A stretch of DNA of 64,000 bases. It comes from Octopus sinensis. Its lineage: Eukaryota. Shown piece after piece: positions 51,956 through 63,815 of the stretch. The position numbers and the translations under genes are program-made. How positions within the stretch are numbered: position 1 is the stretch's first letter; each line of letters begins with the position of its first letter. The notes below the pieces were generated by a model. It was not told where the DNA came from and searched no databases. It saw only the letters and a program-made list of their open reading frames with translations. Location of the stretch: NCBI RefSeq assembly GCF_006345805.1, contig NC_042998.1, positions 3,100,001 to 3,164,000 of the forward strand. Direction: 5' to 3'.

Positions 51956-52210
51956 GGATCTTTTCGGTTTGAAAGGCAGTTTTTAAAAATAATTCCACGT
52001 AACTAAAAATTTTAAACTTCGTATACTGGTAGAATGTGTTTATAAAACATCTTTTTCCCTTGGCTTTATTGAGAAAATTCTATAGTTTGTAAGATATTAG
52101 TAAGATATTTTCTTCAATTTCGGCAATTACAACCAATCAATTACGCGTCTATTTACGGAGCAGAAGATTCTGTGTGCGAGCTCTGGCAAAACAGGACGCC
52201 TTTGTCGAGT

Positions 52211-52259
<49 letters not shown>

Positions 52260-52695
52260 GGGTGTCCGTGTCTGTGAGTGCTCGCATGTGTGTCTGTATC
52301 TTTGTCTACAACAAGAGTTAGGCAGTAAAGAAATTAGGAATAAGTAGGAATGATTATTAAGCGTAGGGCTTGTGGCGCAATGGATAACGCGTTTGACTAC
52401 GGATCAGAAGATTCCAGGTTCGAATCCTGGCGAGCTCGTAATAATTTTATCTCTGAAAGCTGGGGTAGTGACGTAAACAACATTCTGTGCCGTATGAATA
52501 TGTCCCTCGTTTAAGAAACAGATTGGGTTTATTTACATTTGTGAAGAAAAAAGATACCCTACCCCACCCCTAACCCTAACTAACCTAAATCTAAAATAGA
52601 TTAAAATGCAATAGATCGATACTAAGGTCATAATTATGGTTGACAATTTCATATGATACAGCTAGAAAAAACTGCCGTTCAAACCGAAAAGATCC
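51956..52695 (-). mobile_element. GGATC-MITE copy (reverse orientation) carrying a ~330-bp tRNA-Arg-containing segment
   Basis: MITE halves at 51956-52140 and 52471-52695; TSD AATATTTT/GATATTTT (7/8); the cargo matches about 50195-50490. Confidence 0.85.
52366..52438 (+). tRNA. tRNA-Arg-ACG: tRNA-Arg(ACG) inside the MITE, two wobble substitutions
   Basis: C28T (U28-G42) and A67G (U6-G67); A and B boxes intact. Confidence 0.8.
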
Positions 52696-53097
52696 GATAT
52701 TTTAGAAATTAAAGCATATATTCATTATTATACCTATGCACGTTAATTGTTTGTGTGTGTGTGTCAGCGCGAGCGCATATCTGTGTCTTCGACAGTGAAT
52801 AGAGGTTAGTAAAGAGATCAGTGCGCAAGCATTAACGGTTAAGAGCATTGTGACGCAATGGATTACGCGTCGGATTCCAATGCTCGAATGTTGGCAATCT
52901 CGTATTCCTTTTATTTCGGAAAGTAACTCATAATGAATATTTTTAAACGATGCCTTTTAGAAAAATAAAGCATAAATTCATGATTATATACATACATGTA
53001 TATTCGTGCGTGTTTATGTGCGCACCCATATATTCGCCAGTCAACGGAAACTAGTAAAGCAATTACTGTAAAAATATCAACATACTGACTATGCGGT

Positions 53098-53350
53098 GGG
53101 GGCGCGTGGCTTAGTGGTTAGGGGTGTCAGCACCATGATCGTAAGATTGTGGTTTCGATTCCTGGACCGGGCAACGTATCGTGTTCTTGAGAAAACCACT
53201 TCATTTCACGTTGCTCCAGTCCACTCAGCCGGCAAAAATGAGTAACGCTGCGGTGGACTGGCATCCCATCCAGCTGGGGAACACATACGCCATTGAAACC
53301 GGGAAACCGGGCCCATGAACCTGGCTAGGCTTTAAAAGGGCGCATTTATT
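53098..53350 (+). mobile_element. tRNA-derived SINE
   Basis: A-box TGGCTTAGTGG, B-box GGTTTCGATTCC; core shared with 12277. Confidence 0.7.
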
Positions 53351-53633
53351 TAAAAATTTTTACTGACTATATGAGGTCGTGCGGGGCAATGGATTATGGA
53401 TCAGAAATTCCAGATTGGAACCCTGGCAAAATCGGGTGCATTTTATTTCAGAAACATGGAAGAAAGTAGTGCTAATAAAATTTTCGTTAGTGTACTTGAG
53501 AAATTTGTATGATCATTTGTGCGCGCGAGTGTGTATGCGTGTTTATGTGCGCCCGCAGGAATGACTGTATCTTTGGTCGCTACAGGAGTTAGTAAAAAGA
53601 TTACGAGCTAAGTACGAACAGCTAGCAGTTGTG

Positions 53634-53706
53634 GGGCTTGTGGCGCAATGGATAACGCGTCTGACTACGGATCAGAAGATTCCAGGTTCGAATCCTGGCG
53701 AGCTCG
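53634..53706 (+). tRNA. tRNA-Arg-ACG: tRNA-Arg(ACG), A67G variant
   Basis: Consensus apart from GGCGAGCTCG. Confidence 0.9.
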
Positions 53707-55295
53707 TAATAATTTTATCTCTGAAAGCTGGGGTAGTGAATATTTTATATTATATATATCTGAAATTTATACATCTAACGATTATATGGATGTACGTATA
53801 TGTTTGTAAGTGTGCATATCTGAGTTGGTTGACAAGTAACTGCTGATATCGCAAAGCATTACACGTTTTCATACGGGTCAGAAGATTCTTGGTTCGAATC
53901 CTGACAAGCTCAGGTTCATTTTTTTTTGTCTTAGAAACATTTGGTTACGTTGTACTAATGATTATTTCAGACGATGCATTTCAGAAATGAAAGCATGTTG
54001 TCATGATTATACGTATGCCTGTATATTCGTGTAAGCTTGCACGCGCGTGTGCTTGTCTCTGACAGTCAATGAAAGTGAAAAAATTCCTTCATAACCGTCA
54101 ACTTCTGACTACGCGAGGCGCAATGGATAACGCGTCTAATAACCGATCACAAATTCCAGTGTCGAACTCTGGCAAATTCGGACGCATTTTACTTCAGGAA
54201 CATCGGGGAAAATAGTGCTAATAATATTTTTATTGGTGCATTATATAAAATTATATAATCATCGGTGTGTGTGCATGTGCGTACGCACGTGTGCGTGAGT
54301 GCACGTGCTTGCTAGCATACCAGGGTGTCTGTATCTTTGTATGTCAACAACAAGAATTAGTAAAGAAGTTAGGGTATACGGAGTAGACACCTTAACACCG
54401 AGGGCTTGTGATACAATGGATAACGCGTCTGACTACGCATTAAAAGTTTCCAGATTCGAAAGCTTGTATTCATTGTATAACGGAAATATTTAGGGCAAAG
54501 TAGAGCGAATAAATCTTTTAGATGATACATTTCAGAAATTGAGACTTGTATTGATGATTGTCCGTATGCAAGTATATTCGGGCATATGTATAATCTTTGG
54601 CAGTCACATCCACTTACTAACTGAGGTCCTATGACGCGAAGTACAACGCGCAATCGTTCACATTATACGGATCTAGATAGACGTTTTTTTTTCTGTTGCG
54701 AAGTTATTTCGTTTGAAAAGATGTGATTTTGTTTGCGGCTGCGTGCCTTCTGTTCGTTCCCTGGAATACTGTTGCTGTTATTACGGTTTCGCCTAAGGGC
54801 TTGCTTTTCGTTTGACTTTCTTTTCCCTAGTTTGGGGTGAAGAATTTTGAAACGGAGTGTTCGCCAGAACACGTCGGGAGTTATGCGGCGGCGGGTAGTC
54901 GCACGACCAACGCTGCAAACACATTGGAAGTGCGAGAGGTAGTAGTAGACCTTGAGAAGATTGGAAGTCACAGGGAGCTGCTCCAGAAGGGGGGGGAGCC
55001 TACGACTGACTCCTCCAGAGGAAGTGGCCAATAGTACCAGGAGAGGGTACTACTGACTACCCGAGGAAGGTGCCTGGTTACGAGACAGAAGATTCCAGGT
55101 TCGAACTTTGGCTAAATCAGGTGCATTTTCTTTGATAAACATCTTGGAAAGTGGTGCTAATAATTGTTTTGTTCAAGTATTTCAGAAATTTAAATTATCA
55201 TGTGTGTGTGCGTGCGATCGTGCTTGGGTCTTTGTACATTAACAACAGGAGATAGTAAAGAAATTAGAATATATGTAGCCAACATCATCCGTCGG

Positions 55296-55368
55296 GGGCT
55301 TGTGGCGCAATGGATAACGCGTCTGACTACGGATCAGAAGATTCCAGGTTCGAATCCTGGCAAGCTCG
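55296..55368 (+). tRNA. tRNA-Arg-ACG: tRNA-Arg(ACG), intact
   Basis: Identical to the consensus. Confidence 0.95.
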
Positions 55369-55730
55369 TATTCATTTTATTTCTGTATCATTTGGGAGAA
55401 AGTCGTGCTAATGAACATTTTACACAATACATTTTAAAAATTAAAGCACATATTCATGATTATACGTGTGCACGTTATGTGTGTGTCAGCATGCGCGCTG
55501 ATCTGTCTCTTTGGACAGTGAACAGAGGTCAGTAAAGAGATCAGCGCGCAAGCAGTAAAGGTTAAAGAGCGTGGGGCTTATGACGCAATGGATTACACGT
55601 CTGATTACGGGTCAGAAGATTGCATGTTCGAATGTTGGCAATCTCGCTTTCATTTTATTTCGGTCAGTAGTGCTAATGAATATTTTAGACGATGCATTTT
55701 AGAAATTAAAGCATACATTCATGATTAGGC

Positions 55731-56585
55731 GCACATGGCCGAGTCGTAAAGGCACCCCACCGCAATCCTTATAAAAGTTTGCTTTTTCACGGAATCCCAC
55801 GTTTTCGGCTTTGGAGATTTCAATTCTGAAAAAAAAAAAAAAAAAATTCAAAAGAATTGCAACTTTAAAATATTTAAACCACCCTCCATCTTCATTTTTC
55901 ACTTTATTCGGAAGCTGTTTTTTGCTAAATACATAGAAAAATACGGAGATTATGATCCTGAAAAAAATTGTAAACTTTCAACTTTTCAAAAAAAAAAAAA
56001 AAAAATTACAGAATTTCTATACATTTCACAAACACATTGCCGAAGCTTATCCCCACTAAATTCCACCGGCGCACATGGCGGAGGTTTCAGTTGTAAAAAC
56101 AAAACAAACAAACAAAAACGAACACTTTAATTTCACTTTATCGTACGGGAAATTACCTCTGAAAGAAATCTTTGCAGAAAGGTGAGTAGATTGATTCCAT
56201 ATTTCTTTCGTTATGTCATCGCAGTTTTGTGAGATTCGGCTGTTATTTCTAGCATGTGCATGGAGGCCAAGGCCGTATAATCAGGAAGGGAGGGTTTGAG
56301 GTAATCTTTTTTGGTTTTTTTTTGAAAAATTGAAATTTTACAAACTATTTGTTTTCAGAATCATAATATCCGTATTTTTGTACGTATTTTGCGAAAAAAA
56401 AAAAAAAAAAAAAAAAATTCCTGAAAATGTGAAAAAAATGAAGAAATGGGGAGTGTGGGGAGGGAAATTTTGAAGTTGCAATTTTTGAAAAATTTTTTTC
56501 AGGATCCATGGCGGAAAAGGTGGGATTCCGTAAAAATGATTTTTTCTAAAGGAGGAAGGGGTCTGTTTACATCTCCGCCATGTGC
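55731..56585. mobile_element. Non-autonomous DNA element with long diverged TIRs (~270 bp) and GCACATGG termini
   Basis: GCACATGGCCGAG ... CTCCGCCATGTGC; shared inverted blocks ACGGAATCCCAC, AATTGCAACTT and AAAATACGGA.ATTATGAT; interrupts a tRNA-spacer motif; no clear TSD. Confidence 0.65.
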
Positions 56586-57059
56586 ATGTATATTCGTGCG
56601 TGTTTATGCGCGCGCCCATGTATTTGTCAGTCAAAGGAAAGTTAGAAAAATCAATTACTGTAAAAAACATCGATTATTGACTATGCGATGTCGTGTAAAG
56701 CAATGGATTATGGGTCAGAAGATTCCAGGTTCGAATCCTGGAGAAATCGCGTGCATTTTATTTCAGAAACATTGGGGAAAGTGGTGCTAATTTTTTTGTT
56801 GGTGTATTTCAGAAATTTATATAATCATTTGTGCGTGTGTTTGTGTGCACAAGTAAATGTGCACGTAAAGGCTTTTGTACCTTTGCCTCTGCTCAACAGG
56901 ATTTAGTAAATAAATTAGTAGATAAGTTGGTAGATTTGTTCACTTCAAGGCTTGTGGCGCAATGGCTAATACAGCTGACTACGGATTAGAATATTCTGGG
57001 TTCGAATTCCTAGCAAGCTCATATTCATATAATTTTATTTCGGAAACATTTGGGAAGTA

Positions 57060-57221
57060 AGAGTGGTTGACGAAAACTGAAAGAAGCCCGTTGTAGTAGT
57101 GACATCTGATTTCAGATCTCAGTGTTTGAATGTTTTGCTTATATATATATATATGTATATATATATTCATGTATATATGTATATATATATATATATATTT
57201 CACTTTATATATATTTCACTT

Positions 57222-57255
<34 letters not shown>

Positions 57256-57460
57256 ATATATATATGTATTTGCATGTCTGTGTTTGTCCTCCCACCGTTG
57301 CTTGACAACCGATGTTGGTGTGTTTACGTACCCGTAACTTAGCGTTCGCTTTAGACAACAATAGAATAAATACTAGGCTTACAAAGAATAATTCCCGTGG
57401 TCGATTTGTTCGACTAAATGCGGTACTTTAATGACTGAAACAAGTAAAAGAATAAAAGCA
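57060..57460 (+). mobile_element. Composite SINE, 5'-truncated
   Basis: AACTGAAAGAAGCCCG...(TA)n...CGATGTTGGTGTGTTTACG...GACTGAAACAAGTAAAAG. Confidence 0.7.
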
Positions 57461-57835
57461 TATATGTTCATGATTTATACGTATGTACATGCATACGTGT
57501 GTGTGTGTGTGTCTGTCTTTGACAGTCAATGAAAATTAGTTAAGAAATTACTGCACAAACATCTGCTACGGACTACGCGAGGCCCTGTGCTGCAATGGAT
57601 AATGCGTTTGCTTACGGGTCAGGAGATCTTCGGTTTGAAACCGGGTAAATTCGGACGCATTTTGTTTCAGAAACATTCGGGGAAATGGCGCTGAAAATTC
57701 CTTATTGGTGTATTTCAGAAATTCAAATAATCATGTGTGCATGTGCGCAGCCATGTGTATGTCTTTGTATGTCAACAGCAACAGTTAGTCAGTAAAGAAA
57801 TTAGTACATATGTAGCGAAGATTAGCCCCCGTCGA

Positions 57836-57908
57836 GGGCTTGTGGCGCAATGGATAACGCGTCTGACTACGGATCAGAAGATTCCAGGTTCGAATCCTGG
57901 TAAGTTCG
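57836..57908 (+). tRNA. tRNA-Arg-ACG: tRNA-Arg(ACG), acceptor-stem variant
   Basis: 3' end TAAGTTCG gives extra G-U pairs. Confidence 0.8.
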
Positions 57909-58293
57909 TAATCATTTTATATCTCGGGAATGTAGTGTTGGTATACATTTTACATCATTCGTTTCAAAAATTACAGCATATCAATAATATTAATACGCTA
58001 ACTTTTTTTGTTTTTGTACGTATCTGTTTTGTGCGTCACACTTCATGATTCCAGGCCAATATGTGCAATGAAGTTCTCGAAAACGTTTTCCTTTTTTTAC
58101 ATGAACATAAAGTGGGTTCCACAAAATTCATTTGGATTCCTCCAGCTGATGGTAGCGCACGCAGTGACCAGCTAGTCGCAGTCATATTTACCTGATCTTC
58201 TCGCTAACTTTCGGCAGGTCTGCAGAAAGGCATTCGTTTGCTGCCATTTCATATTTAAGTCCATTCGTAGCATTATTGCATAGCAACTATCTG

Positions 58294-58723
58294 GGATCTT
58301 TTCGGTTTGAATGACAGCTTTTTCTAGCGGTGTCATATGAAATTGTCACCCATAATTATGACCCTAGTATCGATCTATTGCATTTCAATCTGTTTTAGGG
58401 TTAGGGTTGGTTATGGTTAGGGTTAGGGATGGGGGCAAGGGTATCTTTTTTCTTCACAAATGTAAATAAACCCAATCTGTTTCTTAAACGAGGGACATAT
58501 TCATACGGCACAGAATGTTTTTAACTCAATAGACGTCAGTGATTGGTTGAAATTGCAGAAATTGAAGAAAAAAAACAACAAATATCTTACAAACTATAGA
58601 TTTTCTCAAGAAAGCCAAGAGAAAAAGATGTTTTATAAACACATTCTACCAGTATACGAAGTTAAACATTTTTTAGTTACCTAGAAATTATGTTAAAAAC
58701 TGCCGTTCAAACCGAAAAGATCT
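58294..58723 (+). mobile_element. Uninterrupted ~430-bp GGATC-MITE (reference copy)
   Basis: 28-bp TIRs, TSD ACTATCTG/ACCATCTG (7/8), internal TTAGGG-like motifs; an 8-bp TSD with GG termini fits Merlin, MULE or hAT, not resolved. Confidence 0.85.
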
Positions 58724-59192
58724 ACCATCTGGCCTGTTTGATAATCTCTTTATTACTGCCCATGTTTCACTATTAAAATTCACGCCTAAGTTACACATGA
58801 ACATGACTATTTTTTTGCTCATGTGTATGTGGGCGTATGTGTGTATGTACATGCTAATGAGTAAACAGCTTAAAGAAAGCGGCGCACAGCACTTGTCGTT
58901 GGAGTCGCATATATTTTTAAGACACTTTAAGCCAGCTTCACATTACTTAATGAAATTATCGGAAAAGTAGCAGTATATTCGTGTTGCAAGGGCTAATGTT
59001 AGAGTCTATAATATGGAGCGGAGAGTTGCAGTTTCGAATCGAGCTAAACTCCAATATAAGTCTTTACTTTTCTTTAAAATTCAGATACCTTTTAGTGTGT
59101 TGTTCTAAGAAACACTTGTTCGTATATTTGAAAAATTATGCCTATATTTTATATTTAGATGGATAATATCTCCCTCTCCCTCTCTGATTATT

Positions 59193-59235
<43 letters not shown>

Positions 59236-59969
59236 ATATGTATATGTATATGTATATCGACTAGATGTTTGCCAAAAGGAAATTAGATATGTCTTATGTT
59301 AGTTCAGACATTTCCAGATACGTAGCACTAATAATTCCTGTGAGGGCAAGTCTCATGATCTGCAGATCCCAGAGACGAATCCTGGCAAGTTCGAAGAAAT
59401 TATATTTCAGAAACATCTGGGAAAGTGATGCTAATAAATATTTTGGTTGATGTATTTCGGAAATTTATGCCTAATTCTACGTATTTCCGTAAATCATTAT
59501 ACATATTTGTATAATTATACATGTTTGCGTATAATTGAACATGTTTTGTATGCGTGTGACGCGTTCTGCGCACGGACCATACTATTATCGTCTGGGATAA
59601 GAAACTGATTAAGTATAAAGGAACACACGTACGGTGACTTGTGAACCTGCGACTGACATGGAATCAGAATGTTCCAGGTTCAACTCATAGCATGTTCGGA
59701 TACATTTTTTTTTTATCTACAAAAATTACTTTCAGAGACTTGCACTAGTTTATCTTTTACTTGCTTCAATCATTGGACTGCGCTCATGCTGGGGCGCCAC
59801 CATGAAAAATATTTAGTTGAATGAATCGGCCTCAGTACTTTTATTTTTTTAAGCCGGGAACTTATTCTATCGATATCTTGTGCTGAACAGCTAGGTTACA
59901 GGGACTTACATACACTAACATCGGTTGTCAATTGGTAGTGGTGACAAAGATACAAAGATGTGCGCGCGT

Positions 59970-60017
<48 letters not shown>

Positions 60018-60050
60018 ACAGAATATGTATGTATATATATATATATATAT

Positions 60051-61780
60051 ATTTCATTTCATTTCATTTCATTTGGGTTTGAGTCCATGCTCAGGCCAAG
60101 TCGAAGACTCCACCCTCAGAGTCTGGTGTGGTTGCCAGGTTGTATTCTCTGCTTAAATTTGACATGTGTAGGAGCGAGTTTGAGTCAGTTTGTGCTCGTT
60201 GTGTATATCCTGGGAGATGGGGTTCATCTCTAATGGTGCTTAAGTATCTATCCAGTTGCAATTTGAATGATTCCACACTGCATCCCGATAGATTTCTGAC
60301 ATGTACCGGAATGGTGTTGAACAGTTGTGCTCCTCGAACCAACAGACTTGATTCTCGCAGGGTTTTTGCTGCCTGGCCAGCCTTTTTGTTGATTGGTGGC
60401 AGCTGGCAGCGTCTTCCGTGGCGCAGTGAGTGGTAGGTTTTGATACCAAAGTTTGGCACCTTCTGCTCTATCATTTTCCAAATGTATATAATTCGGTATC
60501 GCTCAAATCTTCTTTCTATTGAGTACATCCTCAAGGTTTTGAGTCTTTGCCAATAGTCCAGGTCCCTCGTTTCTGAGAAGTATGAGGTAAAATTTCTTTG
60601 GAGCGATTCTATCTTAGATAGTTGGCCCTTTGTTGTTGGTGACCACAACTGAGAACAGTAGTCAATCCTCGGAAGTATCATACTGTTCCAGAGGGTTTTC
60701 ATTCTTGAGGTATCTCTTGATTTGAAGGTGCGCAAGATCCACCCGCTGTACTTTCTTGCAGTAAGACAGACTGAGTCAAGGTGTTCTCTGAATTTTAGGC
60801 TGGTTCCCATGTGGATGCCTAAATCTTTCACATACTGTTTTTCCATTATTTGTTGTCCTGATGGGTTTCTGTAGTTTATTGTATTTTTCAGATCTTGATC
60901 TGTTCCGTAGCGAATTAGTTCAAACTTCTTATCATTGAACAACATGTTGTTTGTTTCCTGCCATTTATATATGGTGGTCAGGTCCTTTTGTAAGGCCTCT
61001 GTATCCACCTCGTCTTTGATTTGTCTCATGACCCTGGTGTCATCAGCAAAGGATGAGACGTTGCTGGTTGTATCTTCATCTATGTCAGAGATGAGGATGA
61101 GAAACAGGATTGGGCCGAGTACTGTACCCTGAGGAACACTGCTGGTCACAGGTGATGGTGTTGAATGGGTTCCATTCACAGTGACTGTTTGAGTTCTATT
61201 TGTAAGGAACTCGTGTATCCATGTACCAACTTTTCCTCCTACTCCTAGCTTTCGAAGTTTGTGACCCAGGATGCCATGATCTACCTTGTCAAATGCCTTG
61301 GCAAAGTCGAGGTAGATGACATCTGTGTTGTATCCATTCTCTAGATTTTCTAGGATTTGGTCATGGTGTGCCAGTAGTTGGGAAAGGCATGATCTACCTA
61401 ACCTGAATCCATGCTGGTTGCAATTCATCAGATTGTTGGATTCCAGGAACTCAACCAGTTTTCCACGAACTATTCTTTCGAAGACCTTGATAATGTGTGA
61501 TGTCAGTGAGATTGGTCGGTAGTTCTTTGGTTTTGATTTGCTATCCCCTTTATGTATTGGAGTTATGTGTGCTTCTTTATATGCATTTGGTATTTTGCCA
61601 TTCTCCATAGATTCCCTCCATATCATGTAAACGGGTTTCGACAATTGTGCCTTGCAGTTTTTAAGTATCATGGCATTGAAACCGTCAGGCCCCGCAGCCG
61701 AGTGCATGGAGAGCTTTCTATGGCTCTTGCTATGTCTTCTGGGTTGAAATCAATGTCGGATAGGGTAGGTTTAGTATGGT

Positions 61781-61782
<2 letters not shown>
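60051..61782 (-). mobile_element. 5'-truncated CR1-group LINE with (GAAAT)n 3' tail
   Basis: RT ORF plus short 3' UTR and tail (TTTCA repeats at 60051-60074 on +); an upstream LSDIDFNPEDIARAIE segment joins by one frameshift near 61710. Confidence 0.85.
60091..61707 (-). CDS. Non-LTR retrotransposon reverse transcriptase (CR1/L2/Jockey group), 538 aa, lacks the APE endonuclease
   Basis: SAAGPDG, NYRPISLTS, QHGFR, YLDFAKAFDKVDH, VPQGTVLGPILF, FADDT and KDLG motifs; C-terminal LYSIERRFERY.IIY.WK-like region (LRMYSIERRFERYRIIYIWK). Confidence 0.9.
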   Translation of the reverse strand: MHSAAGPDGFNAMILKNCKAQLSKPVYMIWRESMENGKIPNAYKEAHITPIHKGDSKSKPKNYRPISLTSHIIKVFERIVRGKLVEFLESNNLMNCNQHGFRLGRSCLSQLLAHHDQILENLENGYNTDVIYLDFAKAFDKVDHGILGHKLRKLGVGGKVGTWIHEFLTNRTQTVTVNGTHSTPSPVTSSVPQGTVLGPILFLILISDIDEDTTSNVSSFADDTRVMRQIKDEVDTEALQKDLTTIYKWQETNNMLFNDKKFELIRYGTDQDLKNTINYRNPSGQQIMEKQYVKDLGIHMGTSLKFREHLDSVCLTARKYSGWILRTFKSRDTSRMKTLWNSMILPRIDYCSQLWSPTTKGQLSKIESLQRNFTSYFSETRDLDYWQRLKTLRMYSIERRFERYRIIYIWKMIEQKVPNFGIKTYHSLRHGRRCQLPPINKKAGQAAKTLRESSLLVRGAQLFNTIPVHVRNLSGCSVESFKLQLDRYLSTIRDEPHLPGYTQRAQTDSNSLLHMSNLSREYNLATTPDSEGGVFDLA

Positions 61783-61828
<46 letters not shown>

Positions 61829-62178
61829 CACACACACACACACACACAACGGATTTCTTTTGGTTTCCGACTACTAAATCCACTAAAAAGGTTTGGGTCA
61901 GTCAAAGAATTTCTTGCCACAGGTGTTACGCAGTGGGACCGAACCCAGAATCGTGTGGTTTGCAATTCCTGCGCCTATAAACACTATTTATTAATAATTT
62001 CACGCATAAATTGCTCATAATTGTTTGTGTATGTGTGTGTTTTGGGGCATACAAATGAGTGAACAGACTAAAGAAGACGGCGCTCCGCACGTGTCGCAGG
62101 AGTTAAGTGTATACAATTAAAGCTAGCTTCACATTACTTAAAGATTATTGGAAAAGTAGAACCTCGTGTTCGGGCACG

Positions 62179-62251
62179 GGGCTTGTGGCGCAATGGATAA
62201 CGCGTCTGACTACGGATCAGAAGATTATAGGTTCGACTCCTGGCAAGCTCG
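62179..62251 (+). tRNA. tRNA-Arg-ACG: tRNA-Arg(ACG), T-stem variant (possible pseudogene)
   Basis: GATTATAGGTTCGACTCCTGG; C49A and C50T weaken the T stem. Confidence 0.7.
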
Positions 62252-63701
62252 TATATATATATTTTTTAAAAATTGATTTAGAAATACTCTTCGCTGCGTT
62301 GCTCTAAGAAACGTAACGATATAATTCACTAATATTTGCCTATGTGTGTGTACGTATACACATTTGTATGCTAATCGTTTGGCAAAGCAGTGGTGGAAAG
62401 TAGACAAACTTTATATTAATTTAATGTCCCAATAACTCACGTGAAGCCGACTGGCATAATTGATAACACATCTGACGATCACAGGTTCAATTCCGACATC
62501 TCTGATTAAAAAAGAAAAAAATTATATACTTTTCTTTTAATTCAAGAATATATTGCTCTGTGGTGGGAAATTATCCATTGGCTGTACATGAATTTATTTA
62601 ATCAGTGAATTATTTTAAAGTAAAATGTATTTGTTAGTTATTCTTAGTAGTTATGATAACGCTATGCTTCACTGTGTAAATCTAATACCGAAGAAAAGTG
62701 TCCGAAGATATCACAACAGATGCCAGAAGTCAGACTTTCTTATCTGGATATCTCCATTTGAAATTTGTTCAGTTGCAGTTTCAGGAATTCTTCCTGTTTT
62801 CGCCTTTGAAAATAATTTTCATTAACGCTAATCCACAATACGGTACTTAAATGTTTAAACCTGATGTTTTAAAACTTCATCCTCTAATTCTGAGTGTCTA
62901 TGGCGGGCACGCGCCCCGTGTGTGTGTGGGTGCGTGTGTGCCTGTATGACGGGTGAATCGGTGCACTGCTTTTTATACTTAAAACATAACTTATTCAACG
63001 TCTCTTCTTTTTAAGTTTAAAAATTAAAAAATTAAAACTCAATTTTAATTTATTTTAAATCAGACAACATCACACAGACGCACACACAAACACACCCGTT
63101 TTCTGTTTTTAATTATCTAAATTTTGCGTATGAAGAAGGAGCTAGATTCTAACAATGATACAAAGTCCCATCGCTTGAAAGCAGATAAGGAAAACTGTTA
63201 CATTTTAAACAAGAGAAAAATCTTGCATATATTTTCTATTCCATTTACAGATTGTATTTGTAACGTGCGGGCTGGTTGACATTTTTGAAAACCCTTGCTT
63301 ATTCAGATTGTCACTTAGACATTTACTTACACTACCAAGAGCATAAATTATTATTGGTATAAATGTGAATCAATAATCTGGTTCTAGAACCTACAGGTTT
63401 CGAAGCAGTTGTCCATAGTTATTCTCTTTCTCTGATTTCCAAACAGGTATTCACATCAGTAAAACAGCTGGTCTCTATGACGGTCCGTACTTTTTCATGT
63501 TTGACCCAAACAACAATATCCTGCATGTTATGTTTACACTTGACAGATGTTTTGAAGTGAATGCTTCACCAGTATTCCTTGTGTTGATGTTTGTGTACGC
63601 ATTCATTAACAGGGGTTTCTCTATATCTATTACTGGACAGTCTTTTATTCTGAATATCATTGTATTGTACACACAGACACACGCACACGTGTGTATATAT
63701 A

Positions 63702-63788
<87 letters not shown>

Positions 63789-63815
63789 TTATGTATGTGT
63801 ATGTACACACACACA

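Larger units (their letters stand above)
49600..59700 (+). pseudogene. Right flank: many decayed tRNA-Arg-derived copies interspersed with intact ones
   Basis: Remnants at about 49680, 50190, 50660, 50900, 50960, 51150, 51840, 52845, 53380, 53860, 54110, 54402, 55070, 55574, 56690, 56948, 57581, 59350 and 59650. Confidence 0.85.
59753..61977 (-). mobile_element. Old composite SINE split by the LINE insertion in its central microsatellite
   Basis: Tail at 59753-59960, head at about 61850-61977 (ATAGGCGCAGG on the minus strand). Confidence 0.6.
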
